Shown one piece after another: positions 12,583 through 27,354 of a stretch of DNA of 64,000 nt (its first letter is position 1; each line of letters begins with the position of its first letter). Source of the DNA: Octopus vulgaris (taxonomy: Eukaryota); contig OX597828.1 in NCBI GenBank assembly GCA_951406725.2, positions 74,834,001 through 74,898,000 of the forward strand, written 5' to 3'. A model generated the notes under the pieces. That model saw nothing but the letters and a program-made list of their open reading frames with translations. It searched no databases and was not told where the DNA came from. Position numbers and translations under genes: made by a program.

Positions 12583-13644
12583 CATATATATATATATTTG
12601 TGTATGTGTTTGTGTGACTTTGTGTCTGTGATTGTCCCCCACCATTGCTTGAAAACCTGTGTTGGTGTGTTTATGTTCCTGTAACTTGGATGGAAAGCCT
12701 TTCATCATAGGTATGTCGGGATATTAAGTTGACTTGGGGTTTAAACAACATCAATCCAATGTTCGTACAGAGAAACTGTGACACTAAATTTTTCCTCTAA
12801 ACACACTTTTAATGTCTTCAAAAAAAAAAACAAAACATAAGCAAAAGGGGGAATGAAAAAAACCCACGTGACATTAAACCCCTGCACTGCATTAAACCTC
12901 TATACCCCCCCCCCCCCCGATACATATACACACTGCATCAAGTACCACTGCACTGAGAAGCACTGCACCAACTTTCTCGCAGCAATCTGCGCTGCTTTAA
13001 GAGCGTTACACAAATGACAATAGACTGCAACCAAGCATGGAATTCTAATTATTGTCATTATTGTTGTTGTTGTTGTTGTTGTATATTATGTATGCCTCTC
13101 TTCTTTCTTTTATTGTATACCATGTACACTTTCCTTCTCTCTAGAGAGAGAGAGAGAGAGAGAGGAAGAGAGACAGACAGTGAAAGAGGGATTTTATTTC
13201 ATTACACGTAACCCCCACACACACACACATTTTATCTCTGCCTTTGTATTGCCCCCCCCCCCTACTTCATCCTTTGCCCTGTTGGCAAATAAAAGAAATC
13301 ATTTATATTGTTCTTATTATTGTTGCTGTTATTATGATGATGATTGCCATCATCATCATCGTCAAGAGGAAGTGGAAGGAAGAGGAGAAAGTAAAGGAAA
13401 GGAAGTGGGGAGGAAAGAACAGAAATAGTATGGGTGGGTGTGGTGACGGAATAAGATAAGAAGGATTGGTGCAGCGGTGGTGGTTGTGGTGGTGGTGGTG
13501 GTGGTGGTGGTTGGTTTGGTGTTAACGAACTTGGATGGTGGTAGATGGTATGATGGTGCATTGACATTATGACATCAGTACAGTTGTGGTAGCATCACCG
13601 GTATCCAAACTGTTGTTGTTGTTGTCACTGTTTGTTACCATCAT

Positions 13645-14200
13645 GGCTGTGTGGTAAGAAGCTTGCTTCCCAACCACATGGTTTCAGGTTCAGTCCTACC
13701 GTATGGCACCTTCACTTTCTACTATAGCCCTGGGGACCAACCAAAACCTTGTGAATGGATTTAATAGACAAAGTCTGAAAAACTGTTTTGTATTTATATA
13801 TATATATTTATATACAGGCGTGGCTGTGTGGTAAGAAGCTTGCTTCCCAACGACATGGTTCCAGGTTCAGTCCCACTGTGTGGCACCTTGGGCAAGTGTC
13901 TTCTACTACAGCTTCGGGCTAACCAAAGCCTTGTGAATGGCTTTGGTAGATGGAAACTGAAAGAAGCCCATTGTGTATACGCATTTATGTATGTATGTAT
14001 TTGTGTGTCTGTGTTTGTCCCTCCACCATTGCTTGACAACCGACGTTGGTGTGTTTACATTCCTGTAACTTAGTGGTTTGGCAAAACAGACTGATAGAAT
14101 AAGTACTAGACTTACAAAGAATGAGTCCTGGGATCGATTTGCTCAACTAAAGGTGGTGCTTTAGCATGGCCACAGTCAAATGACTGAAACAAGTAAAAGA
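13645..14200 (+). mobile_element. Family A: truncated head followed by full copy (13816-14200)
   Basis: Same A/B boxes, core and tail. Confidence 0.8.
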
Positions 14201-14534
14201 ATACACACACAAAGGGCAGCTGAAATCTTTAGCATTCAGTGTCAAATGTCATGCTTGCTTATTCACAAAGTTTTAAATTAATCGTGCATTATCTTTTAGT
14301 TTTGAAATTTTGATGATCCGATTGTGTATTTTTAAACTGACTTTCTAAGATAGATATGAGTGAGAAACCAGATCTGGCTGGTTTGAACACAAAACTGGAA
14401 AAATATTTGGGCCAAATTCGGGTAATTTAAATGCTGAAACAAAACCCCCACTGGTATTATAGGGTTGGTATAAGAGGCCAGATCTGGCTGTCTGAACATG
14501 AAATGTAAAATATTTTGGCTGTCTTTGACCAGTT

Positions 14535-14753
14535 TAAACCTTCAGCACTCAGATTGCTCATCAAATTTAATACCTTTTTATTCAGATTATCTTGAATTAA
14601 TCATGCATCGATCTGTAACCCCAAGATTTCAATGATGTGATTATTTACCTTAGAATGACATTGTAGGGTAGGTGTGAGGGGCTGGATCTGGCTTGAACAA
14701 AAAACATACAATATTTGGGACAGCTATGACCAGCTTAAATGCTAAAGAGTTAA
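14535..14753. mobile_element. Second TTAA-type MITE family (CCTTTAGCATT...AATGCTAAAGGG termini)
   Basis: Related copies at about 14222-14440, 38028-38252 and 60760-61002. Confidence 0.55.
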
Positions 14754-16545
14754 ATCCTCCTGGTATTGATAAAACATAGTACCTGTCATCTACTGGGGTC
14801 AGAATGGTTCTACTGTCCCTCATCCTGGTGTTGTTTCAAAATATTTCCTATAATTATATAATTATTAAAATTAGTTCTGTTTCTGTTTTCATATAGAGCT
14901 GTCGTTCTCAGTCAGGGTCCATATAAGATTTTTCAGGATCCACACAGGAAAATAGTAAATTGGGGATCCACAATAGTATTTTAAGAGACCCTAAAAAAAT
15001 TTTGCTCTAGATGTATTGGAAGAAACAGTTGAGTTTGTTTCTCAAATATTTAACAGAGTTCAACCTACACAAGTTAATGTGGGGGAAAACAAAAAAATAG
15101 GGATTTTGGAAGAAGTTTCTATAAAACTAGTTTTTAATTATCGAATGGCTATGGGGGTCCACCGGAATAAAATAGAAATCAAAGGGGGTTCATTGATAAA
15201 AGAAATGGTTGAAAACTCCTGGTATAGAATATCTGGCCTGCTATGGTTCAGCACCAGGCAGACCCTGATCCAGCAGACCTATGATCACAAGTATTCCTGC
15301 CATGACCATCTTGTCTTTTTAGCGATAAGCTATGATTACATTATCTAATATGTCCTTGCCTTATTTATTTATGAATGCAATTGGGATGTGATTTGAGGGA
15401 GATTTGGCTGCTGTTTCTAGTTGGTTGAACACTGACACCTTGAGAGCCTCCTTCATTAGTACAAATTTATGTATAATGGTGGTGGTGGTGGTGGTGTTGA
15501 TAAATGAATGAAAGAATGTTCTACAAATAACATTTTGAACAGGAATTTCCTCTCCTCCCCACCACATTCCATTAAGCCAGCGAGGGAGCCTCAGCCTGGT
15601 CTCTCAACATGCTGGAAATAGCAGCCCAATCTCCATCAAATCCCACCTCAGCATTGTCTTAGAAAAGGACACATCAGATAACTTGGACATGGTTTTCTCC
15701 TCCCTGTCTAGGAAAAGAAAATGATGAGATGGTCACATTTGGAATGTCTTTGAAAGTAAATCTAAATTACATCCACCAAATTCCATTCTCTCTCTCTCTC
15801 TCCCTCCCCTTCTCTTTCCTCTCCCTTCTCCCTCCATCCCCTCTCCCTCCATCCCCTCTCCCTCCATTAACTGTATCAATGAAAAACAGTTGACACCTTA
15901 TTCGCTGATTATTCCCTTTGACATTTAGACTTATTAATTATTCACAGTAAATGAGGAGGAATTTGACATGAGGGAAGAATCCCTTCGGTGTTAAGTGCTG
16001 TCCCTTCATGTCCCTTCATGTTCTGAGACGAAATCATATTGGAGCTAGCATTACCTTTAATCCGTCCAGAGTTGAATGGATTAAATACCAGTGACGTGTG
16101 CTACAGATGTGCGACATAGGCCATCAGTGTTAATTTAATCTGTACACTAGATTTCTCTCACCATGATTGGGAGCAAGGAAGGCCTTTATGTATGTCTGTC
16201 TGTCTGTCTTTGCAATTTCGGCTGGTTATACTCGATAATCTGGAACTCGACTGAGGAATGAAGACTCCGAACGACCCGTCCTTGTTTTCTTTGTCTTGTC
16301 TATCTGGGTGTTTTGTTGTCCCCTTTTTTGTATCACCTAACTGTTTGGATGTTTTGTGTTCTTGTCCCATTTTATATTTTATATAGATATATACACACAT
16401 ATACAATGCATGTGTGTGTGTGTGTGTGTAATGTGGTATATATTTTGCCTGGTTTCACTGAGATGGCATTGCTCTCATCTTGATTTCATTCTGCATTCTA
16501 AGTCTTTATTTCTCCTGTAAAACAGTTTTTCTCATTCTTTTCCAG

Positions 16546-16687
16546 AATTATCCATGAGAAGGGCTACACTCAAGAAGAATGCCTTCAGTACAAACCAGTT
16601 GTGTACAGCAACATTATGCAGTCCATGATGGCTATCATTCGAGCTATGGGCTTGCTGAAAATTAATTTTGGATCCCCAGAGGGAGAG
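16546..16687 (+). CDS. GNAI: G alpha-i exon 3
   Basis: tttccag|...|gtgagt; 142 bp; [47 protein letters not shown]. Confidence 0.96.
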
Positions 16688-16995
16688 GTGAGTTGCTTAT
16701 ATTAATCATCAACATCATCATCATCATCTTGCATACACCCACACCCACACACCCACATACACACTGTGAAGGCACATGGCTTAGTGGTTAGAACATTGGG
16801 CTTAGAATCATCTTTCCTTTGGATAACATCAGTGGCATGGAGAGGAGAGGCTGGTATGCATGGGTGGCTGCTGGTCTCTTATGCCCAGACAACCTTGTCC
16901 AGGCTTGTGCCTTGGAGGGGAACTTTCTAGATGCAATCCCATGGTCAGTCATGATCGAAGAGAGTCTTTACCCTTTACACACAGACACACACATC

Positions 16996-17027
<32 letters not shown>

Positions 17028-17579
17028 CACACATATATATGATAGGGCTATAGTAGAAGAAACTTGCCCAAGGTACTTAGCCATACCTATGCCGATATAT
17101 ATATATATGTCTCCATAACAGTTCTTTTGCTGAATTACTAAGTTACGAGGACATAAACAAACCAACACCAGTTGTCAAACAGTGGTGGGAGGCAAGCACA
17201 AAGACATGCATAGATAGACAGACAGATACAATGGGCTTCTTTCAGTTTCCATCTACGAAATCTACTCACAAACCTATGGTTGGTCTGGGGCTACAGGAGT
17301 AGGCACTTGCCCAAGATGCCCCATGGTGGGACCAAAGCCAAGACCAAATGGTTGGGAAACAAGCCTCTTATCACCCAGCCATGCTTGCAAGCCATTGGAA
17401 TCCCATTCAGACAAACATTATTCATAAATTTTAGTCTACTTAATGTGTCTAGAAGAGTGTGGCCATCAATAAATCGTTTTGTCTGTTTGTAAAAGTTGAT
17501 CGACAATACCAAATAATACCTTTACGTATATACACACTCATTGACACACACACACAGATAAGTATGTGTATATATTTTA

Positions 17580-17634
<55 letters not shown>

Positions 17635-17813
17635 TTGAAATAAGGTCAGGTTTATGTTTAAGTCAATTTGGCAGAATAATGTGAATCAAATGGAAATAAA
17701 TTTTGTTTCTCTTTGAGAGAAAGAGAGAGAGAGAGAGAGAGAGGGAAGGAGGGAAGTACAATTTTATTTTTTTTACTTCATGCTGTATGTACACCTACAC
17801 ACACATACACACA

Positions 17814-17855
<42 letters not shown>

Positions 17856-18531
17856 CACACACTACCTGCAGCAGGTGAGCACCAGCACAACACATTGTCC
17901 TCATTTAATGAAGTAAAAAAATGACATTAAGTGGATGAATAAATATAAAAATAGCTTACGTTGGGACTTGAGTGTATTATGGGTGAGGGTGTGTGTGTAG
18001 GTGTGTCTATTTATCATGAAGTGTGTGATTGCCAAAGAGAATGTGATTATATCTTTGTGTGTATGTGTGTGTATACACACACACACACACACATACCACT
18101 GCCTTTGTCACCCCCGGCATCATCATGTAACATTCACAATCCATTCCGTCATAAACTATATTTTCACTTATTTCTTTGATATTTTTGAAACACGCTTTTC
18201 CTCTACATCTTCAGGAAGATATGGGAAGAAAATAGCTTACTCAGTGTGTGTGTGTGTGTGCGTGTGTGTGTGTGTATCTCTGTGTGTGTTTTATGAACCA
18301 AATATTGTTCTAAATGTTGGAATTTCACAAAAATATTTTGAAATATTTTTCTGTATTTTACAGAAATCAAAATATTTTTGTTTCAGAAGAGTTATTTAGG
18401 AATTAGCAAAAATGGAAACTCCTAGCTGAAATATTAAGTTCAAAGAGTTTAATGTATGTATACATGTATGTTTGTATTTGTGTGTATGTGTGTGTGTGTG
18501 TGGCATTTTGCAAGTGGATAGACATCATATA

Positions 18532-18601
<70 letters not shown>

Positions 18602-18693
18602 CACACACACATACACACCTACAAACACTCCCACACATTCTCATAAACTCATAAATAATAGAATGTGAGAGGAAATGCCTTACTACACACACC

Positions 18694-18733
<40 letters not shown>

Positions 18734-19579
18734 TTTCTTGTTCATGTCTTTTTATGTTCAATGAACTTGTAATTTTTTTTTCTAACTTTTCCACTGTTTA
18801 CCGTTGCTATTGTTGTTGACACCTGCCACACTGTCATCATCATCATCATCATCATCACCTCCATCTCCATATTATGCCTATCTTACCTTGCTTGTATAGG
18901 TTGAACTGGGTTGTCACCTGCTAAAATACCTGAGAGCTCTTCTGATTTTCCTCAGAAGCTGCTGATTTTCAGCTGTTCATAAATTAGTCTTCCATCCTTG
19001 TGAGATTGATAAATACAGTACCAGTAAAATACTGGGGATAAGTTCTTCTCTGCCTCGGTTCCTTTATCTCTCTCTCTCTCAGAACCAGTTATATTATACC
19101 ATCAAGACAATCTTGTAGAACCCTTGCAAGATCTCTTTGTCTAGTAATATTAGTGTTTGGATTGGGTACAAGGCCAGAAATTCCTGAAGGTTAGGGGAAG
19201 TAGTTGACGCCATTGCTCATCATCATCATCATTTAACGTCCATTGTCCATGCTGGCATGGGTTAGACAGTTTGACCAAGGCTGGTAAGCTGGAAGGCTGC
19301 ACCAGACTCCAGTCTGATTTGGCATGGTTTTCCACCGTTAGATGCCCTTCCTAACTCCAACCACTCCGAGAGTGTAATGGGTGCTTTTACATGCCACTGG
19401 CATGGGTGCCATTTGCATGACACCAGGGCGCCTTTACCTGCCACTGGCACAGGTGCCAGTTTGCGTGACTCCAGTATATGCCATGACTGCAGTTTCGTTT
19501 GGCTTGATGGCTCTTCTTTCTGTTGTGCTTGAAAGTTTCCACTTCTTAATTGTGGCCTTATTTTATGTAACATGAAAAG

Positions 19580-19890
19580 AGTGTGGCTGAGTGGTTAAGA
19601 GTATTTGGCTCACGATCATAAGGTCATGAGTTCAATCCTCGGTGGTGTGTTGTGTCCTTGAGCAAGATACTTGATTTCCCATTGCTCCAGTCCACACATC
19701 GGGCAAAAATGAGTCATACCTGTAATTCAAAGGGGGCCAACTTTGTCACAGACTCTGTGTCACACTGAATATCCTTGAGAACTATGTTAAGGGTACACAT
19801 GTCTGTGGAGTACTCAGCCATCTGCATGTTAATTTCATGAGTAGGCTGTCCTTTGATTGGGACAACTAGAACACTTGACATTGAAATCAG
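19580..19890 (+). mobile_element. tRNA-derived SINE family D
   Basis: TGGCTGAGTGG A box, GAGTTCAATCC B box, CORE-like TCCTTGAGCAAGA; related heads at about 16766, 26715, 31870(-), 42315, 45330, 52010(-), 58498. Confidence 0.75.
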
Positions 19891-20325
19891 CAGAATGCCA
19901 GTTATTTTCTGTCTGCCAGAAGGATGAACAGGCAAAGTTAACCTCAGCTGAGTTTGAACTCAGAACATAAAGAACTGGACGAAATACCACAAGGTATTTA
20001 GTCTGACACTGTTAACGATTCTCTCAGATGGTGAAGAAAGGTTGTGTAAGGAACTATCAAAACCAACATACCACTGGAACCATTCAGGAATGGTCTGGTA
20101 TGTAGTACAACACAGAATGGTAACACCAAATAAATTATGATAAAATTCGTTATTTTAATAAATTATTCCAAATTCTCCATTATTTTCAAAATTAATTGAA
20201 CCATGTGGATGTCATATTTAATTAGAAATATGTTAATTAATGGGTTAAATTTATTTTTATATATATCTTAATTCAGTCCTAATTTAATTGTTGTATTTGT
20301 TTTTTCTTTTCTTTTTTTTTCCCAG

Positions 20326-20483
20326 AATGATGCCAAAACTCTCTTTGAAATTTCGCAAAATTCTGATGAATGTGACATGACTCCAGAATTATCTGCTCTC
20401 TACATGAGGCTGTGGAGTGATCCTGGAGTGATGTCTTGTGTCGCTCGATCTCGAGAGTACCAACTCAACGATTCAGCTCAATA
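20326..20483 (+). CDS. GNAI: G alpha-i exon 4
   Basis: ttcccag|...|gtaagt; 158 bp; NDAKTLFEISQNSDECDMTPELSALYMRLWSDPGVMSCVARSREYQLNDSAQY. Confidence 0.96.
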
Positions 20484-20931
20484 GTAAGTTAACACCTCTA
20501 TTCTCTATCTATCTATCCCGCTTCACCTTTTGTTCACTTCGTTTATAATTATTTGTTTCATGCTAATTTTCTTACTTTTTCCTCCCCCAAATATTTTCCG
20601 TCAATTTTTCTGTTTGTTTTTTGATGGAATGGTGTTATTCTTTTAGTACCAGGTCAGCCACGATCCAAAGACATTGGCATGGCTGTGTGGTTAATAAAAA
20701 GTTTGCTTCCCAACCACATGGTTCCGGGTTCAATCCCACTGCACTGCACTTTGGGCAAGTATTTACTACGATAGCCTAGGGTTGACCAAAGCCTTGTGAA
20801 TGGATTTGGTAGACGGAAACTGAAAGAAGCCTAGTATATATATATATATATATATAAATATATATAAAGAGAGAGAGAGAGAGAATTGTTGATATCTTCT
20901 TCAATAAACTCTGAACTTTTTCGTAAACCCT

Positions 20932-20976
<45 letters not shown>

Positions 20977-23900
20977 TGTATATATATATATATATCAAAA
21001 GGATGTGTTATAATACTATTCCATATATACAAAAACAGCCATATTAACAATCTAACATACCTCCATCATCAGCTGCATCACAGATATCATTATGATTTTG
21101 ACACCTGGGCAATACCATTATATATTATCTAAAATGTACAGTATTATATAGCCATTATGGCTGATCTTACCATTTGGTTTCATGCTAGGAAGACAATGGA
21201 GTGTTAGGTAACAATCCGATTATATAACCTTACGCTCATCAGAGTTAGGCTATATGGAAAGGAATATGGTGACTGCTCTCTATTGTCGGAGGTGAATGGA
21301 CACATCTGGTTTGTGACTGCTGTGAAAAACCTGGTGAAACAAAAAAGAGCAGGTGATTGGGTTGGGAGTTATGTCCCTTGGTTGGATTTGCTGTAAAGCC
21401 AGTTAGAGTTATTTTGAAGTGTTTGTGGGAATTGTGTGTATTATAGACCCTTAGATGACTCATACACACACACATACATAAAATGAGGGAAAAGAACATG
21501 GGCTTTGACATGCTGGCCCTGTAAGGTGCATCTACTGCTTGCATCTATTGTGTGATGTCATGCGTTACTGAATACTGAAACCTATGTAACATCAGGAATA
21601 AAGGAGGACCAAGTCAGTAGCCATGTTCTTGTCTCTTATTATTATTATTGCTGTGCTCTTTGTATTATGCCATAGCCCATCATCGGATAAGACAACCTGA
21701 GAGTGCAAGTGATTGTGGGAGTTTAATGCAATTAACATTAGAACTGAAACCCCGAATGGTTTCTTTGTTGCATGTCATGCACGTTCAGTCATGTGTATGT
21801 GTGTGTGTGTCTATATTTGCATTGTGCAAAAGTTGCCCATTATGAAAAGCATTGTTATGGTCATTCCTCCTGTCAACAAATCATCAATCGGCTCACTTCA
21901 CATCTTTGAAGACATTTAAAATAAGAGATCCCTCATTAAAAAAAAACACATAAGGGTTAGCCACAGAAAAGGCATCCATCTGTAAAAATAACACCTCAGA
22001 ACTACATTTGTCTAACCCATGCTAGTAGGGAAAAAACAGATGTAAAAACGGATTGAATAAAAGTTTGATGAAGGCAAATTTTAGCTTCTGATATTTTGAG
22101 TGGAGCTAAGTAAGTTGTGTTGAGATTCTTCTCACACTTTATTTGTTGTATCTCTTTATATCATAGATCAGAGTTTATTGAAGAAGATGTCAACAATTTC
22201 ATTTATGCAATTTTAGGGACTACAAGTCCCCTAAAATCCCTATCTTTAACCCTTTATCATATTTGTGTTGAAATACACTGCCTTATTTTCAATAAATTTT
22301 GAAATTAAGAATTTATTCTCACGGAGTGGTTGGCGTTAGGAAGGGCATCCAGCTGTAGAAATGCTTCCAGATCAGACTGGAGCCTGGTGCAGCCTCCTGG
22401 CTTCCCAGACCCCGGTTGAACCGTCCAACCCATGCCAGCATGGAAAAAAGACATTAAACGATGATGATGATGATGATGAACAAAGGTGGCAAAGTGGCAG
22501 AACGGTTAGTATGCCGGGCAAAGTGGCAGAACGGTTAGGATGCCAGTCAAAGTGCTTCGCAGCCTTTCATCTCATTGGATTCTGAATTCAAATTCCACTG
22601 AGGTCGACTTTGCCTTTCATCCATTCAGGGTTGATAAAATAAGTACCAGTCATGTACTGGTGTCAATGTAATTGACTTAACCCACCACCCTATAAAACAA
22701 AATTGTTGGCCTTGTGTCAAAGTTTGAAATCATTATTAAGCTGGTGTTTAGAACATAAATTAGCCACGAAATTTTGATGGAATCTTTTAGTTAAAATCTC
22801 TGCAACTCTTTTGATAGCAGACTTCCCAGGAATTGTCTGAGTTCTATGATTACCAGCTTCCTGTTTTGAAGTAATGTCAACCAAAACCTTCCATCAAACA
22901 CCAGTTTCATAATGCCAAAGTTATTTTCCTAAATTCTTCATTATTTCCAAAATTATTTAAAACAAATTCAGAATATTTCAACTGAAATATGGGAACAAAA
23001 CAGCAAAACCAAGGAATTCGTATCATGGAACCAAAAGCAATTTTCAGACCAGTTGGTATATCACAAAATGGTTGAAGAGAATCACAAATTTCTCGAAGGA
23101 CATTTTAACTGTTACAGTGAAGAGGTCAGCTGACTCATTGTGGTTCCTTCTCCTATCCTCTTTCATAAGTAAATGGTCTGCGTAAATGGTTGGTAGTTGG
23201 GTGCATCTGTTAACACAGGCTTGGTAGCTTTACAACATTGCTTATATCAATGACAACCAAACTAGGAGAATGTTTTGGCAGTGTGTGTGTGTGTGTGTGT
23301 GTGTGTTTAGTTCATAATAAGTTAGGAGTGGCGGATGTCTGTTGTCTTACACACAAACACACACACATGTACTGCACACACTGGAGCAACCAGCAACAGG
23401 TCATCACCGCCTAGTTTAGTAAGAACTTTTAGGTTTGGTTGGTTTTTTTGTTTTGTTTTGTTTGGTTTTTGGGTTTGTTTTTTTTTTTATGAATTTAGGT
23501 TGAATGAGAAGTGGGACAGTGAGATGTGTCTGTTGCTAGTTGACATTTTGTGTATGTGTGTGTGTATGCATGAATATAAAATTGTGTGTGTGTTTATGTG
23601 TAAAAGTAGCAGAGTTTATATGTATGGTGCAAAAAGTGTCTGTGAGGGAATATAACCACCACCACCGCCATCATCACCAACATCGTAACCATCATTGCCA
23701 TTACTACTACAACTATCACCGTCATCATCAATATCACAACCATCACCACCACCATCAGCTTCACAACTGTCATCATCATCATCATCATCATCATCACTGC
23801 TCCCACCACCACCAACTCCACTACCACTGCCTCAACCAGTGTCACAGAAAGTGATATTGCCATTGTGATGAAGGCCTCCTATTAGAATAAGGGAGCAGCT

Positions 23901-24109
23901 GAGATTAAATGGTTTCACAATACGAAGAGAAGGATTTGGTAGAATTGTCGGAACAACAAAATGCCTATTGGTGTTCAGTTACATCTTTTCATGTTCTTCA
24001 TTGAAATCCTGTCAAAATTGACTCTTTTTTTTACCCCTCTGGGAGATATCAATACAATAAGTACCAGTATAATACTGAGGGGATACAATTAATCCAATTA
24101 ACACCCATC

Positions 24110-24570
24110 GTTATCACATATCATAAGCCTGCACAGCGCATTGATGACATTATAACGAAAATCTTCCCGATTAAGCATGAGTTCTCCGGCTGCCTTGCCT
24201 CTGTTGGTCAACCATCTCTTTATATTGCCCATCCATTGCGTTCTTTGTCAGCCCCTTCATCTTCTACCCTCTACTCTTTCTTCTATGATAATGTTTTCCA
24301 GACCTCTGCTTCTTTGGATATGGCCGTTCTAGATGATCTTTTGGTTTTTCACAATGTTCAGGAGTTGTCTTTCACCAACCTGTTGTAACAGTCGCTCTTT
24401 TGTCCGATTGATCCTTGTAAAAGAATCCCAACATTCTCCTATATACCCACGTTTCAAACGCATCAATTATTTTCTCTTCAAATTTGTTCAAGGTCTACGC
24501 TTTAGAACCATTAATGCCTAATGGCCAAATGAACACCAGACTTGTTCTTAACATCGTTGGAACACTTTTG
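24110..24570 (-). mobile_element. Degenerate RTE-clade LINE 3' fragment
   Basis: Minus strand reads GHIQRSRGLENIIIEERVEGRR*RG*QRTQWMGNIK, like the GH...G...GRR.RGR.R..W.D C-terminus of RTE ORFs, with stops. Confidence 0.6.
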
Positions 24571-25041
24571 CTACTCCACCTGTTTATTATTAAAACCCAC
24601 CACCATCACAATCTGGCACCTTCTGTCTTTGTTGTATAAAAATACTGCATGAAACTGCAGAATTAGAGAAAAGAAGTGCAGGGTGGGTGAGATGCAGAAC
24701 TGGTAGAGCATCAGTGAAAATGCTTCAAGATATTTATTCTGGGTCTTTATTGTTCTGAGTTCATATCCTGTCAAAGTCACTTTTGCCTTTCATCCTTCCC
24801 AGGTCAACAAAATAAATCACAGGACACAGCCGTAGGAAATAAAATAACATTTTTGTATGGCTTGAATATGTATTATGTAAGATACTCGTAGCTGTGTGGT
24901 GGCTCTTGATATCATATGTGTGGGGTATGCATGTGTATTAATATATATATATATATATATGTCTGGTGTATTGATATGTGTATCTCTAGATTGTGTGTTG
25001 GTGTATTTATAAATACACACACACACACAGTGTCTGATGTG

Positions 25042-25078
<37 letters not shown>

Positions 25079-25149
25079 ACATACATATATATATATATAA
25101 TATACACACTATTTTGCTATATTTACTATTTCACTTGTTCTCTTTGCAG

Positions 25150-25278
25150 CTACCTAAATGCCTTGGAGAGAATATCGCAACCAAATTATATACCAAATGT
25201 ACAGGATGTTCTACGCACGCGAGTGAAGACAACTGGAATCGTAGAGACACATTTTACATTCAAGGAATTACGCTTTAA
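25150..25278 (+). CDS. GNAI: G alpha-i exon 5 (switch I)
   Basis: tttgcag|...|gtaagt; 129 bp; [43 protein letters not shown]. Confidence 0.97.
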   Translation, partial: LPKCLGENIATKLYTKCTGCSTHASEDNWNRRDTFYIQGITL

Positions 25279-25661
25279 GTAAGTCTTGCTCTTTACAATC
25301 ACCATTGTCATCCCCCTCCTCCTCCTCATCATCATCATCATCATCATCATCATTGTGAACATCATAGTTGTAATCACTAAACCTGGTAGAATTAGGGGTC
25401 AATTCTTTTCCCTGGATTAAACCCTAGTATCTTACAAGAAGTGAACTTGTTCAATTATGCTATATGAAAAAAGAAATGGAAAGATGAGATAGCCATGGCT
25501 GGAACACCTATGATCATTAGTCTGCTCAATCAGAGCTGACCAGGGGCTAAATAATAATAATAATCTTCATCTAAGACTGATATCATCAGCGATACAGTCG
25601 TTATTCCTTTCTTCTAATTGTTATGCAATTAGCTGTAGTCACTAGCTTTTAGCTTTTGTCT

Positions 25662-26045
25662 TTCACTTGTTTCAGTCATTAGACTGTGGCCATGCTGGGG
25701 CACTGCCTTGAGTTTCAGTCAAACAAATCTACCCCAGTATTTATGGTTTTTATTTTTATAAAACATGGTACTTATTCTGTCTGTATCCTTTGCTGAACTG
25801 CTAAGTTACAGGGACAAAAACTCACTAACATCAGCTGTCAACTGATGGTGGAGGGACAAACACAGACACAAATGTGTACACACGCACACACATCCATATA
25901 TATATATGACAGGCTTCATTCAGTTTCCATTTACCAAATCCACTCACAAGGATTTGGTTGGATCAAGGCTATAGTAGAAGACACTCGTCCAAGGTGCCAT
26001 ATAGTGAGACTGAACCTGGAACCATGTGGTTGGGAAATGCAGTTA
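25662..26045 (-). mobile_element. Family A copy
   Basis: Reverse complement match; further copies or fragments at about 10703, 17040-17385, 20675, 40330, 41288, 41463, 60410. Confidence 0.75.
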
Positions 26046-26305
26046 CTGTAATCACCAATGCCATTGTCTTTCAAACTTCAAAATAGAACAACCAAACCTC
26101 CCTCATATCACACTCTTCTATCTTAAAAAAAGGGATACACTGGGAAAATGTAGACATAGATACATTGTGTCTTAGAAAAATACTTGATGGTCATGGTTGG
26201 AGCACCACCTTTGATCATACAACTTAGAATATGTTCTTATTCATTCATTCTCTCAAACCCATTCATTAAAACTCTCTCTTTTTCTCTCCCTCTGTCTATT
26301 TCTAG

Positions 26306-26435
26306 AATGTTTGATGTTGGAGGTCAACGATCTGAGAGGAAGAAATGGATTCACTGTTTTGAAGGTGTCACAGCTATAATCTTCATTGTGGCCATGAGTG
26401 AATATGACTTGATGTTAGCCGAGGACCAAGAAATG
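26306..26435 (+). CDS. GNAI: G alpha-i exon 6 (switch II/III)
   Basis: tttctag|...|gtgagt; 130 bp; [43 protein letters not shown]. Confidence 0.97.
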
Positions 26436-26472
26436 GTGAGTTTCTCTCAAAAAGATTTTTTATACCACATAC

Positions 26473-26508
<36 letters not shown>

Positions 26509-27354
26509 TACCATACCCATACATATACACAAATAAGGCAGCAAAGTGGCAGAGATGTTAAAGCATCAGGTAGAATACTTTGCATATTTAATCCAACTCT
26601 CTGCACTTTTGAGTTCAAATCCCACTGGGGTTGACCTTTTTTATTCAGCCCAGGCTGGAACCCAGCCATAATTATAATAATAACACACAAATGTCTATTC
26701 TGTGATGGAAAAGCCCATAGCTTAGCCGCTGGGATGGTCAGTTCACAATCATAATAAGGACATGAATTTAATTCCTGGTGGGATGTTGTGTCCTCGAGCA
26801 AGAAACTCTATTTCACTTTGTTCTAGTTCACTCAGCTGGCGAAAATGAGATCATCATCATCATCATTGTTTAACGTCTGTTTTCCATGCTGGTATGGGTT
26901 GGACAGTTTGACTGAGGTCTGGCAAGCCAGGAGGCTGCACCAGGCTCCAATCTAATCTGGCAAGGTTTCTATAGCTGGATGCCCTTCCTAATGCCAACCA
27001 CTCCGAGAGTGTAGTGGGTGCTTTTTACGTGCCACTGGCATGGGGCCAGGCAGCAGGTACTGGCATTGATCACGTTCAGATGGTGCTTTTTACATGTCAC
27101 CAGCACGGGAGCTGCCACTGGCACACCCGTAGTTCAAAACGGAACCAGCATTGTTACATTCTATGTTACACCAAATTTCTCTGAGAACTACATTAAAAGG
27201 GTATGCATGTCTATGGAGTACTCAGCCACTTGTGTGTTAATTCCACAAGCAAGCTGTTCCATTGATTGAGTCAAGTGGGACACCCATCAATCTAAGCAAC
27301 AGAAAGCCAGGCAGGCTAATGGGATAATTAAAACTGTAATTATACCCCAGTATT

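Noticed and set aside
16240-16285. Hammerhead-like CTGAGGA...CCGAACGACCCGTC
   Set aside because: Lacks GAAA and a convincing stem II; probably part of a repeat at about 16195-16385 but not supportable as a ribozyme
18185-18216. Minus-strand CCTGAAGATGTAGAGGAAAAGCGTGTTTC
   Set aside because: Core words present but no stem II pairing; may be chance
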